From positions 100 to 64,099 of the forward strand of contig CAYLRJ010000033.1 in the NCBI GenBank assembly GCA_964386185.1: a stretch of DNA of 64,000 nucleotides, in the 5' to 3' direction. Each line of letters starts with the position of its first letter. The stretch's first letter is position 1. A program made the position numbers and the translations under genes. The DNA comes from an uncultured Anaerolineaceae bacterium (GTDB taxonomy: Bacteria > Chloroflexota > Anaerolineae > Anaerolineales > DRMV01). The notes beneath the pieces are model-generated. The model searched no databases. It saw only the letters and a program-made list of their open reading frames with translations, and was not told the origin of the DNA. This document shows, piece after piece, positions 28,077-36,264 of the stretch.

Positions 28077-28182
28077 AGGGCTGGCCTGAGTTTGGAGATG
28101 AGATGATGCAGGAGGGGTAGTGGGTACGACGGTGGGGGAAGCCAAGCACGGCTTCCCCCACCGGTGAAGGGGCTAAAGGAGA

Positions 28183-29448
28183 TTACTGTTGCGGCACGCT
28201 TTGGCCTTCCATGCCTTCCAGCAGTTGCGGCAGGTACCAAATCTGCTGGTCGGTGGCTTTTTCGCCATCTTTCAGGTAGAGGGTGCCGTCTTGCAGTTTC
28301 AATGGACCGACCCAGAGGTTGAGGCCGTTGGCGAGTTCGTCAATGAAGTTGGTGACGGCGTCGGAGGCCTCGTCGCTCAGCGCCGGGCCCATTTCAAAGC
28401 CGACGGCGGAGGTGTCGGGGTTGTTGATGTCTTTCCAGTCGGGGGGCGCCCAGATGAAGGTGGATTGCCATTTGCCATCTTTGGCTTCTTGGATGAGTTT
28501 CAGGTAGAGGGGGCCCCAGTTGAAGTAAGGTACGCCCAAGCAAACATCGGGGGCTTCTTGGCAGGCGTCTTTGAAGTCGTAGGGCACGGCGTAGACTTTC
28601 TTCCCTTGGTCTGCGAATTTCTTGGCTTCGACCAGGGCTTCGGTGGTGTCAATGCCCGAGAGGACGACGTCGTAGCCGCTGTTGAAGAAGTCGTCCGCAA
28701 CCTGGGTGGGGTCAGAGGTCACACCGGGGATGTTGAACCAGAAGCCAATCCAGGTGACCTTGAATTTCAGGTCCGCGGGGTCCTTTTGGCGGTAGTGTTG
28801 CCAGCAGTATTTGGCGCCGAGGTAGGCCGAGGCGGCCAGGCGGCGGGTTTCGTCGTTGATGAGGGGCCCGAGGTAGCCGATTTGGCCGGTCTCCGTGGTC
28901 ATGGCGGCGGCGCAGCCGGCAATCATCTTGCCGTAGATCATTTTGCCCATGACGTTGGAGAAGTTGGGGATGTCTTTGTAGTCTTTGCCGTCTTTCCAGG
29001 CGTTGTCGCCCGAGGCGTGGATGACGTAGATGTCGGGGTGGGCCTGGGCGAAGGCCAGGGCGGCGTCTTTCATGTCGTCGGAGTTGAAGATGATGAGTTT
29101 TGCGCCTTTGGAGACCAGGTCTTCGGCCAATTGTTCAGGGGTGGTGCCGGGGCGGTCGGCTGGGTTGACCTTGTCCACATAGAGCATTTTGACCCCCAGT
29201 TTTTGCTCGACGTATTGCCCGGCTTCGTAGTGAGCCTGGCTCCAGCCGTGGTCGTTGTATGGGCCGACCAGCAACATGCCAAAGGTGAAGGTGCTTTCTT
29301 CTTGAGGCGGCTGGGTTGCCTGCTCTTGTGACTGCTGCTGCGATTCCTGTTGTTGCGGGGCGGGTGTTGCCTGCCCGCTGCTGCAGGCGCTCAATACAAC
29401 GGCCGCAAGCACCAGTACGGACAAAAGAAGCCACCAGATGCGTTTCAT
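28183..29448 (-). CDS. BMP-family (PnrA/Med-like) substrate-binding lipoprotein
   Basis: Lipobox LSAC after the signal peptide, a Gln/Glu-rich linker, then a BMP-like fold (GMLLVGPYNDHGW..., VTWIGFWFN). SD AAGGAGGAG. Confidence 0.85.
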   Translation of the reverse strand: MKRIWWLLLSVLVLAAVVLSACSSGQATPAPQQQESQQQSQEQATQPPQEESTFTFGMLLVGPYNDHGWSQAHYEAGQYVEQKLGVKMLYVDKVNPADRPGTTPEQLAEDLVSKGAKLIIFNSDDMKDAALAFAQAHPDIYVIHASGDNAWKDGKDYKDIPNFSNVMGKMIYGKMIAGCAAAMTTETGQIGYLGPLINDETRRLAASAYLGAKYCWQHYRQKDPADLKFKVTWIGFWFNIPGVTSDPTQVADDFFNSGYDVVLSGIDTTEALVEAKKFADQGKKVYAVPYDFKDACQEAPDVCLGVPYFNWGPLYLKLIQEAKDGKWQSTFIWAPPDWKDINNPDTSAVGFEMGPALSDEASDAVTNFIDELANGLNLWVGPLKLQDGTLYLKDGEKATDQQIWYLPQLLEGMEGQSVPQQ

Positions 29449-29675
29449 TGTTTTCTCCTCCTTGAGAAAGGCTTACACGGAGAACGAACGGACATTTGCA
29501 GAAAAGTGTAGGTGGGTCGTTCCGATAACACCTCCTTTGACAAGATGGGCTAACTAATTGTACCAAAAAAATGTCGTCTAAGGCGGAAACTTTTGGGCCC
29601 CGCCTGAATTTTTTAGGGGTTTGATAGGCTGGGCGCACGGCGGTTCGGGGGAGGGTTTTTTGCGTTGGCGAGGGG

Positions 29676-29711
29676 AAGAAAAAACGCCATCTCCGAGCCG
29701 GAGATGGCGTT
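29676..29711 (-). terminator. Rho-independent terminator of the cytochrome operon
   Basis: 13-bp perfect stem aacgccatctccg / cggagatggcgtt with a 3-nt loop, followed on the minus strand by TTTTTTCTT. Confidence 0.8.
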
Positions 29712-29733
29712 TTGGCGTTGAAGGGGTGGGGCG

Positions 29734-31065
29734 TTATGGCTTTTCGATTTCGCCGGTTTCGAGGCGATAGTTGTAGATGTCCTGCATGCGGTAGAGGTCC
29801 TGTTGCAGGATGAAGAAGCCATGCCAGTGTGCCCAGTCGGGGGCGCCCATGAGGGCACCTTGGCGGGCCCGACGGCCTTCGTGGTGCCAGAGGTGGTAGT
29901 AGAGGATTTGGAATTCGTCTGCCCAGGGGTTGTCTTTCAGCAGGCCTTTGTCGCTGAGGGTGTCCAGCATTTCTTTGGCGGGGGTGTAGTAGGCTTCGTT
30001 GTAGAGCCGGACGGCGTTGTCGGCGCTGGTGAAGTAGTCGTCCACCATTTGCGAGGAATGGCAGTTGAGGCAGACTTGTTTCATTTCAGCCCGCCCTTCT
30101 TCCGCGTGGCCTGTCAGGCTCGACATGGGGTCGTCTGAGTTGCGCGGTTTCGAGAGTTTGGCCCATGCGTTCCAGTAGAGGCGTTGGGAGATGTTGTGGG
30201 TGGGTTCCAGGTCGCCAATGCCGCTCATGTGGCAGGTGGCGCAGGTGGGGGCTCGGTAGTCGCCGGGTTCCCATTCGCCAGGCGGGCTGTCCCACTTCCA
30301 GGTTTCGCCTTCTGTTGCGTAGATTTGCCCGTGTTTGGTGTCTTCGTAGATTTCGATGTCGGGGTGGTCGGGCCCCAGGTGGCAGGATGCGCAGGCTTCG
30401 GGTTTGCGGGCTTCTTCGATGCTGAATTTGTGGCGGGTGTGGCAGACGGTGCAGTTGCCCACTTCGCCGTTGGGGTAGATGTTGCCGATGCCCGAGGCCG
30501 GATAGGTGGCCGCGGTCGGGTGCCCGGTTTCGTCCACTTCGATGCGTTTGCCGTGGCATTGTGCACAGCCGGTTTCTTCGGTGACGCCGTCAATGTCGTC
30601 GTAGTCACGGCCTTCGTGGTGGTGGATGAGGGTTTGCATGGAGTCTTTGTCTTCCACCTGGAGGGCTGCCCGGTAGTGGCCACTGGCTTGGAATTCAGCC
30701 ACTTCTTGTTCGTGGCATTTGCCGCAGGTCGAAGGCGGCACCAGCATGGAGACGGCCACGTCGAGGTCTTCATGCCCTTTGACGTCTTTGAGGGCCATGG
30801 GAGAGTTGGGGTCGGTTTCGTGGCAGTCCAGGCAGGTGACGCCGTTTTGGGCGTGGGCGCTGCTGTCCCACTCGTGGACGATGCCCGGGGTTTCGGTGGC
30901 ATGGCATTCGATGCACGCGCGCGCCTCGTCGGTCACCCCTTGGGCGTGAGGCGCAACGCTCAGGGTGGGCGGCGGGTTGCTGGCGCTGCTGCCGCCGCAC
31001 GCGGCCAGGAAGATGGCCGCCAGGACGACGATGAAGAGAATCGAGTATCGGTATTTGCTGCTCAT
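29734..31065 (-). CDS. Octahaem c-type cytochrome lipoprotein, hydroxylamine-oxidoreductase (HAO/epsilon-Hao)-like
   Basis: Eight CxxCH motifs: CIECH, CLDCH, CGKCH, CAQCH, CTVCH, CASCH, CATCH, CLNCH. Lipobox LAAC and SD GAGGAG. C-terminal LWHHEGRRARQGALMGAPDWAHWHG resembles the HAO family (from memory). Confidence 0.75.
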   Translation of the reverse strand: MSSKYRYSILFIVVLAAIFLAACGGSSASNPPPTLSVAPHAQGVTDEARACIECHATETPGIVHEWDSSAHAQNGVTCLDCHETDPNSPMALKDVKGHEDLDVAVSMLVPPSTCGKCHEQEVAEFQASGHYRAALQVEDKDSMQTLIHHHEGRDYDDIDGVTEETGCAQCHGKRIEVDETGHPTAATYPASGIGNIYPNGEVGNCTVCHTRHKFSIEEARKPEACASCHLGPDHPDIEIYEDTKHGQIYATEGETWKWDSPPGEWEPGDYRAPTCATCHMSGIGDLEPTHNISQRLYWNAWAKLSKPRNSDDPMSSLTGHAEEGRAEMKQVCLNCHSSQMVDDYFTSADNAVRLYNEAYYTPAKEMLDTLSDKGLLKDNPWADEFQILYYHLWHHEGRRARQGALMGAPDWAHWHGFFILQQDLYRMQDIYNYRLETGEIEKP

Positions 31066-31109
31066 ACACACTCCTCTGTTTGGAAGGTTACGACGGATAG
31101 GTCTGCGCC

Positions 31110-31655
31110 CTATGGGGCATATTTGTGTTGCACTTCCATGAGCAGGAGATGTTCGTTGAGGTTGGCGTGCCCCACACTCTCGTGGCAATCAACACACTGG
31201 GCGTCAATCAGCCCTGCAAAGTATTTCGCATGGGCGTCTTTCCCCGCTGAGACGTCGGCCAGGTTGCTGTGGCATTGGAGACATCCTGAGTCGTACACGA
31301 ACCGCTTTCGCTCTTCGCGTCGGGCTTGCCAGTCGATGGCAAATTCGTTGCTCGTGAGGGCAACCCAGGTATCAATGGTGCCAGAGCGGGCTTTGGAGTA
31401 GTAATAGGCGACAGGATTGCTGTGGTCAATGTGGCAGTCGCTGCATGAGGCTGCCACACCAGCGGGATTGTTCCCGCCGTGGACGGAGTCGTGATACGCG
31501 GCGACCATGGGTTGCATGACATGACACACACCGCAAAATTCTGCGTTCGATGTGGCTTCGAAGCCGGCTTCGGTCACCATCCAACCCACGGTCAGCACCA
31601 GGAAGAGGAGGGCAAGGCCGCCCAGGACATAGAGAATTTGCTTGCGTCTTTTCAT
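31110..31655 (-). CDS. NapC/NirT/NrfH-family tetrahaem cytochrome c (membrane quinol dehydrogenase)
   Basis: N-terminal TM plus four CxxCH motifs (CGVCH, CSDCH, CLQCH, CVDCH). 181 aa. SD GGAGGTG. Confidence 0.85.
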   Translation of the reverse strand: MKRRKQILYVLGGLALLFLVLTVGWMVTEAGFEATSNAEFCGVCHVMQPMVAAYHDSVHGGNNPAGVAASCSDCHIDHSNPVAYYYSKARSGTIDTWVALTSNEFAIDWQARREERKRFVYDSGCLQCHSNLADVSAGKDAHAKYFAGLIDAQCVDCHESVGHANLNEHLLLMEVQHKYAP

Positions 31656-31741
31656 TTCACCTCCGTATGGCGGGTGGCTATGAAGAGCGTGAACGTACCG
31701 ACAGGCAAGTTTCCCCTTTTATGAGAGGAGGATTAAAAACT

Positions 31742-31770
31742 ATTATAGAGTTGTTTACCGTTTTTGTCAA
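31742..31770 (-). promoter_or_regulatory. Consensus sigma70 promoter of the nrfH-hao operon
   Basis: Minus strand reads TTGACA - 17 nt - TATAAT exactly. The predicted leader is about 80 nt. Confidence 0.7.
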
Positions 31771-31776
31771 GATTAT

Positions 31777-31792
31777 TGTGCCTCCAATCACA
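31777..31792. promoter_or_regulatory. Imperfect palindrome TGTGC-N6-TCACA, candidate CRP/FNR-family site
   Basis: tgtgcctccaatcaca lies 6 nt upstream of the -35 box and matches TGTGA-N6-TCACA at 9 of 10 positions. Confidence 0.3.
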
Positions 31793-32018
31793 AACGTGCT
31801 GTGGAAAAGGATGGGTTTGTCTTGGGAAAAAGATGCGTTTTCTTAAAAAACTAAGTTATCAGTTATCAAGTGTCAGACCACTGAAAAGGGAGACGAGATG
31901 GGGCGGAGAGGCGGCAGAGCCAGGGGCGTTTCCCCGCGCTGCGGCTTTTGGCGTCAGGTGGGTGCAGCGTGGGGATTAAAGGAAGGTGATAATTTGGAAG
32001 AGGGCTACCGTGCTGTGC

Positions 32019-32047
32019 TTGACGCGGGCGGTCAAGCGGGTTATGAT
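32019..32047 (+). promoter_or_regulatory. Sigma70-type promoter of TPR gene 1
   Basis: TTGACG - 17 nt - TATGAT. The ATG at 32055 is 7 nt after the -10 box. Confidence 0.6.
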
Positions 32048-32054
32048 GGAGCGC

Positions 32055-33293
32055 ATGGAACTCAGAGGAAGCAAATGGAGTATGCGGCGGCGACGCCGGC
32101 GAAGCAACCCCTGGCGCATCGTCGTTTTGGCCTTGTTGATTGGCGCTATGATTTACGTCAATCAGGTGATTGTGCCTGAGGTGCCCAAGCCTTTTGTGCC
32201 CACGCCGACGCCCACCACCAACCCAGAGGCCTATCTCACCAAGGCCGAAGAGGCGTTCAAAGCCGGGCAGTTGACAGAGGCCATTCAGGCTTATCAACAG
32301 GCGATTTTGCACGACCCCGACAACCCTTCGTTGCACGTCGCCTTGGCGCGAGTGCAGTTGTTGGCCGGCCAGTATGAAGCCGCCCTCACCAGCGCCGAAA
32401 ACGCACTGTTGCTCAACCCCGATTACGCGATGGCCCACGCCTTGCGGGGCTATGCCCTTTACAAGTTGGGTGATACGGTACAAGCCCAAACAGCCTTGCA
32501 GCGCGCGTTGGAGTTGGACCCCAACAACGCGTTGGCTCACGCTTTCTTGGCCGAAATTTACGCGGACCAGCAACTTTACCCCAAAGCCGATGAGGAAATT
32601 CGCAAGGCGCTGAATCTGGCCCCGCGCGATTTGGAAGTCAGGCAGATTTACGGCTACATTTTGTTTGCCGAAAGTTACTACGACCGCGCCATCAAAGAAT
32701 ACAAAGCCGCGTTGGCCATCAACCCTAACATCCCGAGCCTGCATATCACGCTGGGGCTTCTCTATCGGGCGCAGGGCAAATATGGCGAAGCCATTGACGA
32801 ATTCCTCAAAGCCAACGCCCTCAACCCCACCGACCCCATGCCCGATGCTTACATCGCGACCACCTATGCCACCCAAGGTGAATATGGCCGCGCTTTGCAA
32901 TACGCGGCCAAAGCAGCCGAAGAAGCCCCGGGCGACCCATACATGCACGGCAATTATGGCCTCATGCTTTATAAAAACGGCAAATATGCGGAAGCCGTCA
33001 AGGAATTAGGCCTGGCCGTGCACGGCGGTGAAACCGACGATGGGGTGTTGGTCAAGGGGTTGCCGTTGGATTATGGCCGAGTGGCCGATTATTACAGCGT
33101 TTATGGTTTGGCTTTGGTGAAAATCGGTCGGTGTGACGAGGCAATCCCAGTGTTTCAGGCGATTTTGGCCGGCGTTCCCACCGATGAAGTGGCGGTGTAT
33201 AACGCCAATCAGGGTTTGAGCATGTGCGCTGCCCAAACCGAGGCCACACCCACGCCGGCCGAGGGCACGCCAGAGGCCACGCCCACGCCATAG
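32055..33293 (+). CDS. Membrane-anchored TPR-repeat protein (paralogue 1)
   Basis: Start set at MELRG by analogy with the paralogue. One TM, a PTPTPT linker, about 10 TPR units (AL..A+.L+P+...A), and the C-terminal tail ...EATPTP. Confidence 0.7.
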   Translation: MELRGSKWSMRRRRRRSNPWRIVVLALLIGAMIYVNQVIVPEVPKPFVPTPTPTTNPEAYLTKAEEAFKAGQLTEAIQAYQQAILHDPDNPSLHVALARVQLLAGQYEAALTSAENALLLNPDYAMAHALRGYALYKLGDTVQAQTALQRALELDPNNALAHAFLAEIYADQQLYPKADEEIRKALNLAPRDLEVRQIYGYILFAESYYDRAIKEYKAALAINPNIPSLHITLGLLYRAQGKYGEAIDEFLKANALNPTDPMPDAYIATTYATQGEYGRALQYAAKAAEEAPGDPYMHGNYGLMLYKNGKYAEAVKELGLAVHGGETDDGVLVKGLPLDYGRVADYYSVYGLALVKIGRCDEAIPVFQAILAGVPTDEVAVYNANQGLSMCAAQTEATPTPAEGTPEATPTP

Positions 33294-33353
33294 GGGGAAC
33301 GCCGCGGCCGTAAAGGCGTTTTCCTTTGCTTTGAGCATGCCGCAAATCTAACG

Positions 33354-34781
33354 ATGGAACTCCGTGGTGATGACCTTCACTTTGACGAACGCAAAGCGCG
33401 CTCCCGTCCGGGACGGGTGGCGCTGTATTTGGCGTTGATTTTGTTGGGCCTGGCGCTGGATTGGGCTTTGATGGTGGGCAAAATTCAACCGCCCGACTTG
33501 TTTGCCCCTACGCCTACGCCCACGCGTAGCGCGACCTCGTGGGCGGAAGAGGGGCAGGCGCAGTTCGTGGCCGGCAACTTGGAGGCGGCCATCGAGGCGT
33601 ATCAAATGGCCACCCGTTTGGACCCGCGCAATGGGAAACTCTGGGCGGAGCTGGCGCGCATTCAGGTGTATTCTTCGGCTTTGCTCCCCACCGATGCCCA
33701 GAAATTCGTGCGCCGTCAGGACGCCCTGAAGTCGGCCGACCGCGCGGTCGAAGCTGCCCCCAACGAAGCTTTGACTCACGCTGTGCGCGCCTTTGCCTTG
33801 GATTGGTTGGCGACATCGAATTTGGCTACGGCCGAGGAATCGGACCGTTGGCTCACCGAAGCCGAAGGAGAGGCTTCGCGGGCGTTGGTGATGTCGAAAA
33901 ACGACCCCCTGGCCCTGGCCTATTACGCGGAGGTGCTCCTCGATCAGCAAAAATGGCTCCAAGCCAACCGCTTTGCAGAGCTGGCCGTGCAATATGGCCC
34001 CGACTTGCTGGATACCCACCGCGTCTATGCCGCAGTGTTGGAGACTTTGGGGCAATATAACAACGCCATCAAAGAATACAAAGAGGCCATTCGCTTGGCG
34101 CCTAACCTGACGTTCTTGTATCTTCGCGCCGGGCTGATTTACCGCCATCTGGCCGGCTCCGCTCAGGCCAGCCCTGAGTTTCGGAAGGCGCTCTATCAGA
34201 AGGCCCTCGATTATTTCGCCCAAGCCGCGAAAATCAACCAACGGTTAGGCATTCAAGACCCCACACCTTATATTGCCATCGCGAAGACCTATTCCCAAAT
34301 GGGCGAGTTTTTCATCGCAGCCCGCAACGCGGAACGGGCATTGCTGATGGACCCGACCAACCCCAACACATATGCCGAACTCGGCATCATTTACATCAAA
34401 GCCCGCAATTATGAGGGTTCGGTGCCGGTGCTCAAGTGCGCGGTCGAAGGCTGCTCGCCTGAAGAGAGCCAGAAGATCATTGACGACATTCGCAAGCGTT
34501 TCACCGGTTTCGATGATTTGAAAGGGGTGCCGGTGCAGGCGCTCCCCCTGACGGATCGCACCGTGGGCTTTTATTATGTGAGTTACGGCTCGGTTTTGGC
34601 TGCGTTAGACCGCTGCCAGGAAGCCCTGCCGATTTTGGACAAGGTCGAGCGAGTGTTCCCTAACGACCCGGTGTTGGGCGGCATCATCCGAGAAAACCGC
34701 GCCATTTGCCGCACCTTGCAGGCCGAAAAGACCCCGCAGCCCACGGCCACACCCCTCTTGACGCCCACGCCCACCCCTTGA
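33354..34781 (+). CDS. Membrane-anchored TPR-repeat protein (paralogue 2)
   Basis: N-terminus MELRGDD..., a TM, a PTPTPT linker, TPR units, and the C-terminal tail ...LLTPTPTP. Confidence 0.75.
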   Translation: MELRGDDLHFDERKARSRPGRVALYLALILLGLALDWALMVGKIQPPDLFAPTPTPTRSATSWAEEGQAQFVAGNLEAAIEAYQMATRLDPRNGKLWAELARIQVYSSALLPTDAQKFVRRQDALKSADRAVEAAPNEALTHAVRAFALDWLATSNLATAEESDRWLTEAEGEASRALVMSKNDPLALAYYAEVLLDQQKWLQANRFAELAVQYGPDLLDTHRVYAAVLETLGQYNNAIKEYKEAIRLAPNLTFLYLRAGLIYRHLAGSAQASPEFRKALYQKALDYFAQAAKINQRLGIQDPTPYIAIAKTYSQMGEFFIAARNAERALLMDPTNPNTYAELGIIYIKARNYEGSVPVLKCAVEGCSPEESQKIIDDIRKRFTGFDDLKGVPVQALPLTDRTVGFYYVSYGSVLAALDRCQEALPILDKVERVFPNDPVLGGIIRENRAICRTLQAEKTPQPTATPLLTPTPTP

Positions 34782-34805
34782 GGCCGCCCTTCGGCGGGGT
34801 GGGGT

Positions 34806-35393
34806 TTATGTCGCCTCTGGTGGAGGCGCATTGACGAGGTTCATCGCCGCCGCGAGGCCTGCTTCCCACCAACGGAAGATGCCTTCCACCCCTTTGGCAA
34901 AGGCTATTTCCATCAATTCCATCTCGGCGGGCGAAAACGGCTGGAGGACATAGTCGGCTGCATCCATGCGCCCCGGCGGCCGACCGATGCCCAGCCGCAG
35001 GCGCGGAAATTCCTGCGTGCCCAAATGCTCAATGATAGACCGCATCCCTTTATGCCCACCATGCCCCCCCTTGGGGCGGAGCCGCAGGGCCCCTAAAGGC
35101 AAATCCAAATCGTCGTAGGCCACCAGCAAGTTGGCCGCAGGAATTTGATAAAAGCGCACCAGCGGCCGCACCGCTTGGCCTGAGAGGTTCATATACGTTT
35201 GCGGTTTGGCCAAAATGATTTTGCGGCCTTGAAAGCGGCCATCGGTGATGAGCGCTTTGAACTGCATCCGCCGAAAGCGAAGCCCCAACCGCTCGGCCAG
35301 GCGGTCCACCAACATGAACCCCGCATTGTGGCGAGTTTGAGCGTATTTGCGGCCGGGGTTGCCCAGCCCAACGATGAGATAGGGTGTGGTCAT
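34806..35393 (-). CDS. pth: Peptidyl-tRNA hydrolase
   Basis: MTTPYLIVGLGNPGRKYAQTRHNAGFM... is a canonical Pth N-terminus. Confidence 0.9.
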   Translation of the reverse strand: MTTPYLIVGLGNPGRKYAQTRHNAGFMLVDRLAERLGLRFRRMQFKALITDGRFQGRKIILAKPQTYMNLSGQAVRPLVRFYQIPAANLLVAYDDLDLPLGALRLRPKGGHGGHKGMRSIIEHLGTQEFPRLRLGIGRPPGRMDAADYVLQPFSPAEMELMEIAFAKGVEGIFRWWEAGLAAAMNLVNAPPPEAT

Positions 35394-35540
35394 CGCACCT
35401 CGCGACCTAAAACGCGCCCCAGGCAACAGGCCTACCGGCTGGTTCCTGCGTGGGCGTGATTGTGAGCGAGCGCCCGCCGTTGAGCCCGTGCTTCTGGCTG
35501 CTCACTGTGGGCAAGATGGCCTAATTTTACCAGCCGTTTG

Positions 35541-35549
35541 TGCTACAAT
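35541..35549 (+). promoter_or_regulatory. Extended -10 promoter TGCTACAAT upstream of gatC
   Basis: Read directly. SD GGTGGAGG precedes the ATG at 35580. Confidence 0.5.
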
Positions 35550-35579
35550 TGACACAACTTCTTCTGTGGTGGAGGCCCC

Positions 35580-35897
35580 ATGAGCGAAGAAATCAGCCGC
35601 GAACTGTTCGACCACTTGGTCACGTTGGCCGCGTTTGAACTTTCTGCCGAAGAGGCCGAATATCTACGGCGGGAACTCAACAAGCAATTGGATGCCATCC
35701 ACGAGCTGGAAGCCGTCCCAGTGGACGAAGATACGCCGTTGACTTCCCACGGCGTGCCTTACACCCCTGAAATCAGCGCCCCGCCTCGGGAAGACCAATG
35801 GCGGCCTTATCCCCACCCTGAAAAAATCCTCTCCCAAGCCCCAGAAACGGAAGACGGTTATATCGTCGTCCCCGACATCCCGCACGAAACCCTCTAA
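35580..35897 (+). CDS. gatC: Asp/Glu-tRNA amidotransferase subunit C
   Basis: 105 aa. ...LAAFELSAEEAEYLRRELNKQLDAIHEL... is a typical GatC pattern. Confidence 0.8.
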   Translation: MSEEISRELFDHLVTLAAFELSAEEAEYLRRELNKQLDAIHELEAVPVDEDTPLTSHGVPYTPEISAPPREDQWRPYPHPEKILSQAPETEDGYIVVPDIPHETL

Positions 35898-36003
35898 AGC
35901 TTGGGCGGTGCGCCTTGGCAGCAGGAACGCGGCCTGGGGCGGCTTGGCAGGCCCTCGCCCTGGGCAGGCGCTTTTCCTAATTGCCAATCGCTGGCTGCGC
36001 TTC

Positions 36004-36027
36004 AGGCCCCGCTGGGGCCTTTTTTTG
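36004..36027 (+). terminator. Rho-independent terminator after gatC
   Basis: aggcccc-gct-ggggcct followed by TTTTTTT. Confidence 0.7.
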
Positions 36028-36108
36028 TTGCCTTGCAGCCGCGCTGGCGGTGGCCGCGACGCCGTGGGTAATCACTTTGCTGGTAAAATATGCCCTCGGA
36101 GGTGCCCT

Positions 36109-36243
36109 ATGGCAAAAAAAGCCAAGAAAAAGCAAAAGACCATGAGCAAAGCCCAACAACGGGCCATGCGCCGTCAGCAGGTGATTATGGCCATCATTGG
36201 TGGGCTGATTATTCTTTCGTTTGTTGTGACGTTGATCAAATAA
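36109..36243 (+). CDS. 44-aa Lys-rich, single-TM microprotein, hypothetical
   Basis: MAKKAKKKQKTMSKAQQRAMRRQQVIMAIIGGLIILSFVVTLIK. SD GGAGGTG sits 8 nt upstream and TGGTAAAAT sits at 36076-36084. Confidence 0.45.
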   Translation: MAKKAKKKQKTMSKAQQRAMRRQQVIMAIIGGLIILSFVVTLIK

Positions 36244-36264
36244 GCGCCCTTTCCTTGTGACGCC

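Noticed and set aside
29449-29570. Possible riboswitch in the ~110-nt leader of the BMP nucleoside ABC operon (promoter TGGTACAAT on the minus strand)
   Set aside because: I could not fit purine, 2'-dG, preQ1 or ZTP consensus elements by eye. This would need a covariance-model scan (Rfam/Infernal) to settle.
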